DNA of 63,202 bases, the filler included, from Perkinsus olseni (Eukaryota): assembly GCA_013115125.1 (NCBI GenBank). It is 15 parts of 15 records of this genome, joined end to end, with 100 filler letters (N's around TTAATTAATTAA, not from the genome) between each part and the next. Parts side by side here need not be neighbours in the genome. Positions count along the whole stretch, not along the records: positions 59,137 to 63,202 come from JABANN010001321.1; 14 more parts are not named here. One strand, written 5' to 3'. Positions 59,268 through 63,202 of this stretch are shown here, piece after piece. The notes under the pieces are model-generated. The model searched no databases. It was given only the letters and a program-made list of their open reading frames with translations, and had not been told where the DNA came from. How positions within the stretch are numbered: position 1 is the stretch's first letter; every line of letters starts with the position of its first letter. The position numbers and the translations under genes were made by a program.

Positions 59268-62200
59268 ATGAATGACGAATCAGTGAAACCCCAGAGCTCT
59301 CATGACTACAGTGTAGATATGTTCGCGAATCTCAGTGCGACTCAGAAAGATCTGGCAGATAAGGAACTAAATAAGCTCATTAGATCTGGGTTTTGGTGGA
59401 CTGAAGGTTGCACGGATCCTCCGCTGAAGCTGTCGGATGCCACTATCATCCCGGATGATATAGTGTCATTTCCGCTGTCACAAGGCCAGCATAAGAGCAC
59501 GAAAGTGCGCTTATGTAGTGATGCTCGCCAGCTGAATGATAGAATTTGGAAAGCGAGTTATCGTGGAATGCCTGTGAGTGATTGTCTGAATACCATCCGA
59601 GGGAATTATCAGCCCGGAAGTTCCATATATTTTATTGATCTTGAAAAAGCTTTTTATAAGATCCGGCTGGGTTCGAACCGGGTTCTCCGGATTACCAGCA
59701 ATGGCCGCCACTATTACACCAATTGTGTTATATTTGGAGTCTCATTTGGTCCGAGCTCTCTCAGCGGCAAGGTTGTTCTCCTACTGAATGCTGTCCTCTC
59801 AGTACTCCTCGGCAGAGAGGTTCGATTATCGAGCGTCGAAGATGCCTCGAACTATTTTTCCGACGTTGTTATCGTAGTCTTTTACGATGATATCTGCATA
59901 ATGGGGAACCCGACTAAGTGCCGGACTATTATCGGCTTGCTGTGCTACATTGCAGGGCTAGTTGGCGACGCCTTCCCTGAAGAGAAGCGCGAAGAAATAC
60001 TGTGTAACGCAACACCAAAACGGCATCTTGGCGTTCTCTGGTCGAAAGATGCTGACGATACACTCATCCTCTCGTGTATCCCAATTGACGAGGACAGCAA
60101 GTTTGCCCCAGAGACCGTCTCAAGACGCGTCGTTTTTTCGTTAGCGGGTCACAGGTTTGATCCACTGAAAGTCCATCCTATCGCAAGAGTAGTTGCTGAT
60201 AGGATGAGGAGATGGGCTGGTCGCTCGGAGGGTGGAAACTGTCGTGCTGCGTGGAATCGCAAATGGCAATTGTCACCCAAACAAATGGGAGTCTTACAAT
60301 GCCTACTGACTCTAGCGAACGAGGATATGACTGGCCATTGCCGTCACACAAGCTTCCCGCCTTTTTTCACCTCAGTGGTAGCATACACGGATGCATGTGG
60401 TTCCGGCTTCGGATACTCAATTCACTTGACGAATTCCGAGTATTCAGTCGAAGATCACTCCACGTGGGTACTGCTGGAGGAGACGGCTGATGAATATAGC
60501 GACAAGGAGCGCTCTTGGCATATCAATAGGAAGGAATGCTATCCAATGCTCTGCGTCTTACGGCGTATCCTTTACTGGGTTGGCCTCCTTCGGAGGAAGA
60601 TACACACCATACGCGTCTATACTGACAACTCCAGTGCTTTATCCTGGGCGATGGACAAGCCATTGAAGCCCAGGCTGATAGAGCATGTTGAGCTCGAGAG
60701 GATGATTAATAGCATGCGCGCTACTGTTGACTCTCTTAAAAGTGACTATGATTGTGCTGTCTCCTTCTCACACATCCAGGGAGTATCCAACAAGAGAGCT
60801 GACTATTTGAGTCGAGCTCTCGCATCAATTCCGCAATTAGACCCTCTCGGAAACGCAGCTCCAAAGGAAAAACTGCGGAAGACGAAGGAAGTTGTCTTGG
60901 TCGTTGCATCTCCTTGTGGTGAGCTCGCGGTCTCGGATGGTGTTCACGAGCACTATCGCGGTTTGAGTCGTACTCCTTTGATGGAAGTGCAAACTCACTG
61001 CGACTCAACACCTCCGAATGACGAGTACGTATGTGTTATTGCTGGGTCGCTTGATAACCCTGCCCAACCCATCGAGGTAGACTACGATGCACTCGAAGGT
61101 GTAGCAGACATGTCAGAATCTGAATTGGTACAACACGTTAGTGAGGCACTTCAAGACTCAAAGTACACAAGGGAAAAAACAATATTTGGTATCAGCCTCT
61201 ATGATATCCTTATCAGCCTAGGAGGAGTATCGCGAGGCGAGTGTGACCACGATATTTCCCCAGCAGCCGAAGCCTTTGTCGAAGGAGGGGCCCATGGGAA
61301 ATACCTGAAGTGGGATGTGGAGGCTAAAGTGCTAATGGTATGCGACCCACTTGAGTCCAATCCTACATGGAGAATATATCTCCCTTCAAAGCGCGCACGC
61401 CAATGGGTGATATACAGGTATCATGATCACACTCTCCTCTCCTTGCATCGTAGCCTCCAAAGAGTTCTCCATGCTGTCCGAGACCCACCTCAGGGGCCCG
61501 CTTTTTGGTGGGATGGTATGACCAAAGACATTTCGCATATGATACGTGCCTGCAAAGTCTGTCAATTGAACAAACACCACGACATCATCAATCAAGCTCC
61601 GCTGGTATTTCGACGTTGGCAGAAAAGATTCCAGAAGATTCAACTCGATTTTGCAGGACCCTTTCAGCTTTCGGGCCAAAATGATGTGACTCCTTGGGAA
61701 ACGGAATACCTTTGCCTGATGATATGTGAATGTACCCATATGAGTTTGGCGATACCAACTAAGTCGACTACAGCGCGGGACGTGATGGGAGCCCTGTTGA
61801 TATGGTTTGGCACATATGGAGTTCCTGAATCTATCCAACTGGATGCCTGCCCGGCCCATGATTCTGCGACTCTTCGTCAGTTCACCTCGTCATGGGGGGC
61901 GGAGATAATTCTGGGTATTCCGAGGCGACCTGAATCGCAGGGATTGATCGAGCGTCTAATAAGGGACGTTAAAACTGCGATCAGGATTGGCACCAAATGT
62001 GGTGATGCGACACTGCCCTGGTGGGTATGTGCATTCAGCGCAATAACCGTCCATAATTCCTCACCTATCCGCGATGGTCTGGAGTGCACGCCAGCAATGC
62101 TAGCCCACTCTCGAGATCAATTGATTACTCACGAGGCTTCCGAAGTCGATGCTGTACAAACTGAAGCTGATATTGATCGACTTCAGCAGAGGAACTATGA

Positions 62201-62879
62201 ATACTTATCGGCTCTTCTGCAGAACTATACCTGCTCCCGAGCAGACGTGGCCCTCCAAAAAGAGGTGAGGAGCATCACTGATAATGTACCTAAGCACATG
62301 TTTGAGCCCGGGGATGCGATTAAGATCACCCGAATGGTCAATGGCAAGCGCCAAGTAATTGGGCCACACGTCATATCTCACCGTCATCCGACGAATGCCT
62401 TACTTTTCTATGTTGTTGGTTTTGACAAACCTTTCTCGGTGTGTCAACTGCTCCCTTTTTACTCCAGCGAGGATCGCGATGCTCTTGACTATGCAACTCT
62501 TCCAACGCGAGTAGCGACTGCTGTCATTGGCAAAACTGAAATGCCTAATGGGATCAAGCTTAATTCGCTGAAGAAAAACGAGCACTGGATCGTTTACAAA
62601 GAGCTTGATGATTCTGCAGGGCCTGAACCCCTTCTGATGATCTATGCAGCTCGATTCTTATCGATCGACGCCAGTTCAGAAACATTGACAATTCAGGGCC
62701 TCGATCACAATGTTAGAAATAATTCGTGGGTCTTACCACCCAAGAACGAAAGGCCACTAGCAGTGAAGACCATTCCCCTCGAGTCCGTGATAGGAAGTGC
62801 AGGGTTCCGCCCTACTTGCAGAGGGACTGTACCTCAAGCGATACGCCTTTGGTTCGCTGATCAAGGCTGTGAAGTTTGA
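59268..62879 (+). CDS. pol: LTR retrotransposon Pol (RT, RNase H, integrase), intact ORF, 5'-partial
   Basis: RLCSDARQLN, IDLEKAF, IFG, FYDD, FDPL, YTDA, WHINRKE, TDN, NKRADYLSR; integrase H..H..C..C, LDFAGPF, QLD, QGLIER. Confidence 0.95.
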   Translation: MNDESVKPQSSHDYSVDMFANLSATQKDLADKELNKLIRSGFWWTEGCTDPPLKLSDATIIPDDIVSFPLSQGQHKSTKVRLCSDARQLNDRIWKASYRGMPVSDCLNTIRGNYQPGSSIYFIDLEKAFYKIRLGSNRVLRITSNGRHYYTNCVIFGVSFGPSSLSGKVVLLLNAVLSVLLGREVRLSSVEDASNYFSDVVIVVFYDDICIMGNPTKCRTIIGLLCYIAGLVGDAFPEEKREEILCNATPKRHLGVLWSKDADDTLILSCIPIDEDSKFAPETVSRRVVFSLAGHRFDPLKVHPIARVVADRMRRWAGRSEGGNCRAAWNRKWQLSPKQMGVLQCLLTLANEDMTGHCRHTSFPPFFTSVVAYTDACGSGFGYSIHLTNSEYSVEDHSTWVLLEETADEYSDKERSWHINRKECYPMLCVLRRILYWVGLLRRKIHTIRVYTDNSSALSWAMDKPLKPRLIEHVELERMINSMRATVDSLKSDYDCAVSFSHIQGVSNKRADYLSRALASIPQLDPLGNAAPKEKLRKTKEVVLVVASPCGELAVSDGVHEHYRGLSRTPLMEVQTHCDSTPPNDEYVCVIAGSLDNPAQPIEVDYDALEGVADMSESELVQHVSEALQDSKYTREKTIFGISLYDILISLGGVSRGECDHDISPAAEAFVEGGAHGKYLKWDVEAKVLMVCDPLESNPTWRIYLPSKRARQWVIYRYHDHTLLSLHRSLQRVLHAVRDPPQGPAFWWDGMTKDISHMIRACKVCQLNKHHDIINQAPLVFRRWQKRFQKIQLDFAGPFQLSGQNDVTPWETEYLCLMICECTHMSLAIPTKSTTARDVMGALLIWFGTYGVPESIQLDACPAHDSATLRQFTSSWGAEIILGIPRRPESQGLIERLIRDVKTAIRIGTKCGDATLPWWVCAFSAITVHNSSPIRDGLECTPAMLAHSRDQLITHEASEVDAVQTEADIDRLQQRNYEYLSALLQNYTCSRADVALQKEVRSITDNVPKHMFEPGDAIKITRMVNGKRQVIGPHVISHRHPTNALLFYVVGFDKPFSVCQLLPFYSSEDRDALDYATLPTRVATAVIGKTEMPNGIKLNSLKKNEHWIVYKELDDSAGPEPLLMIYAARFLSIDASSETLTIQGLDHNVRNNSWVLPPKNERPLAVKTIPLESVIGSAGFRPTCRGTVPQAIRLWFADQGCEV

Positions 62880-62923
62880 ATTATCCTGACATTTCTTTTC
62901 TTTCTTTCCTTAGTGTGTTCGCT

Positions 62924-63202
62924 GGGGGGGCGTGTTAGATACTCGCTCGCACCCATCAGTATTCCTGCAATATGTGTGAAGTGTGATTGTGTGAAACGGC
63001 TGTCCCTTGTTCATTGTCGGTGGGACAGGGGTAGTTCAGGGTCTTTTGCTTACTTCCCTTCTCTCTATCCGGGGAGTTGAGTTCATATGTCTATCAATGA
63101 GGAGGTTGACTATGGTGACGATCTCTCTGACATCTACTCGGACGACAGGCGAGACTATGACAGTTCTGACTCAGAACGTATCAGTGACACTCCTTCCTTT
63201 CA
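62924..63202 (+). repeat. PPT (G7, 62924-62930) and probable 3' LTR starting TGTTAG at 62933
   Basis: Poly-G immediately upstream of TGT, just after the pol stop. Confidence 0.65.

Overview
This window is not contiguous DNA. It is 15 short contigs of about 4.07-4.19 kb, in descending size order, joined by 14 artificial 100-nt linkers (N-run + TTAATTAATTAA + N-run), so adjacency across linkers is meaningless. The content is eukaryotic: about 50% GC, short GT-AG introns, pepsin-like protease paralogues, a multi-exon Ser/Thr kinase and CCA-less tRNA genes. It resembles a Perkinsus-like alveolate (inference only). Mobile-element debris dominates: several LTR retrotransposons with BEL/Pao-like RT-RNase H motifs, a DIRS/Ngaro-type RT, a LINE RT, a Tc1 (DD34E) transposase, a Mutator/SWIM transposase, MITEs, and a CRESS/Replitron-like HUH Rep. 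There is also a 250-bp tandem array of convergent tRNA-Arg(ACG)/tRNA-Ser(GCT) genes. The most notable signals are: (1) a Y1 HUH Rep, and separately a repeat terminus with a hairpin plus CTAG found at three independent sites, suggesting a rolling-circle-type element; (2) a Pao-like LTR lineage whose Gag has an RRM-like domain instead of zinc knuckles and whose primer-binding position carries a conserved non-TGG motif (TCATCCGAGAA); (3) a tRNA-Leu 5' half fused to an interlocking palindrome cluster, with tandem long RNA-type hairpins nearby.
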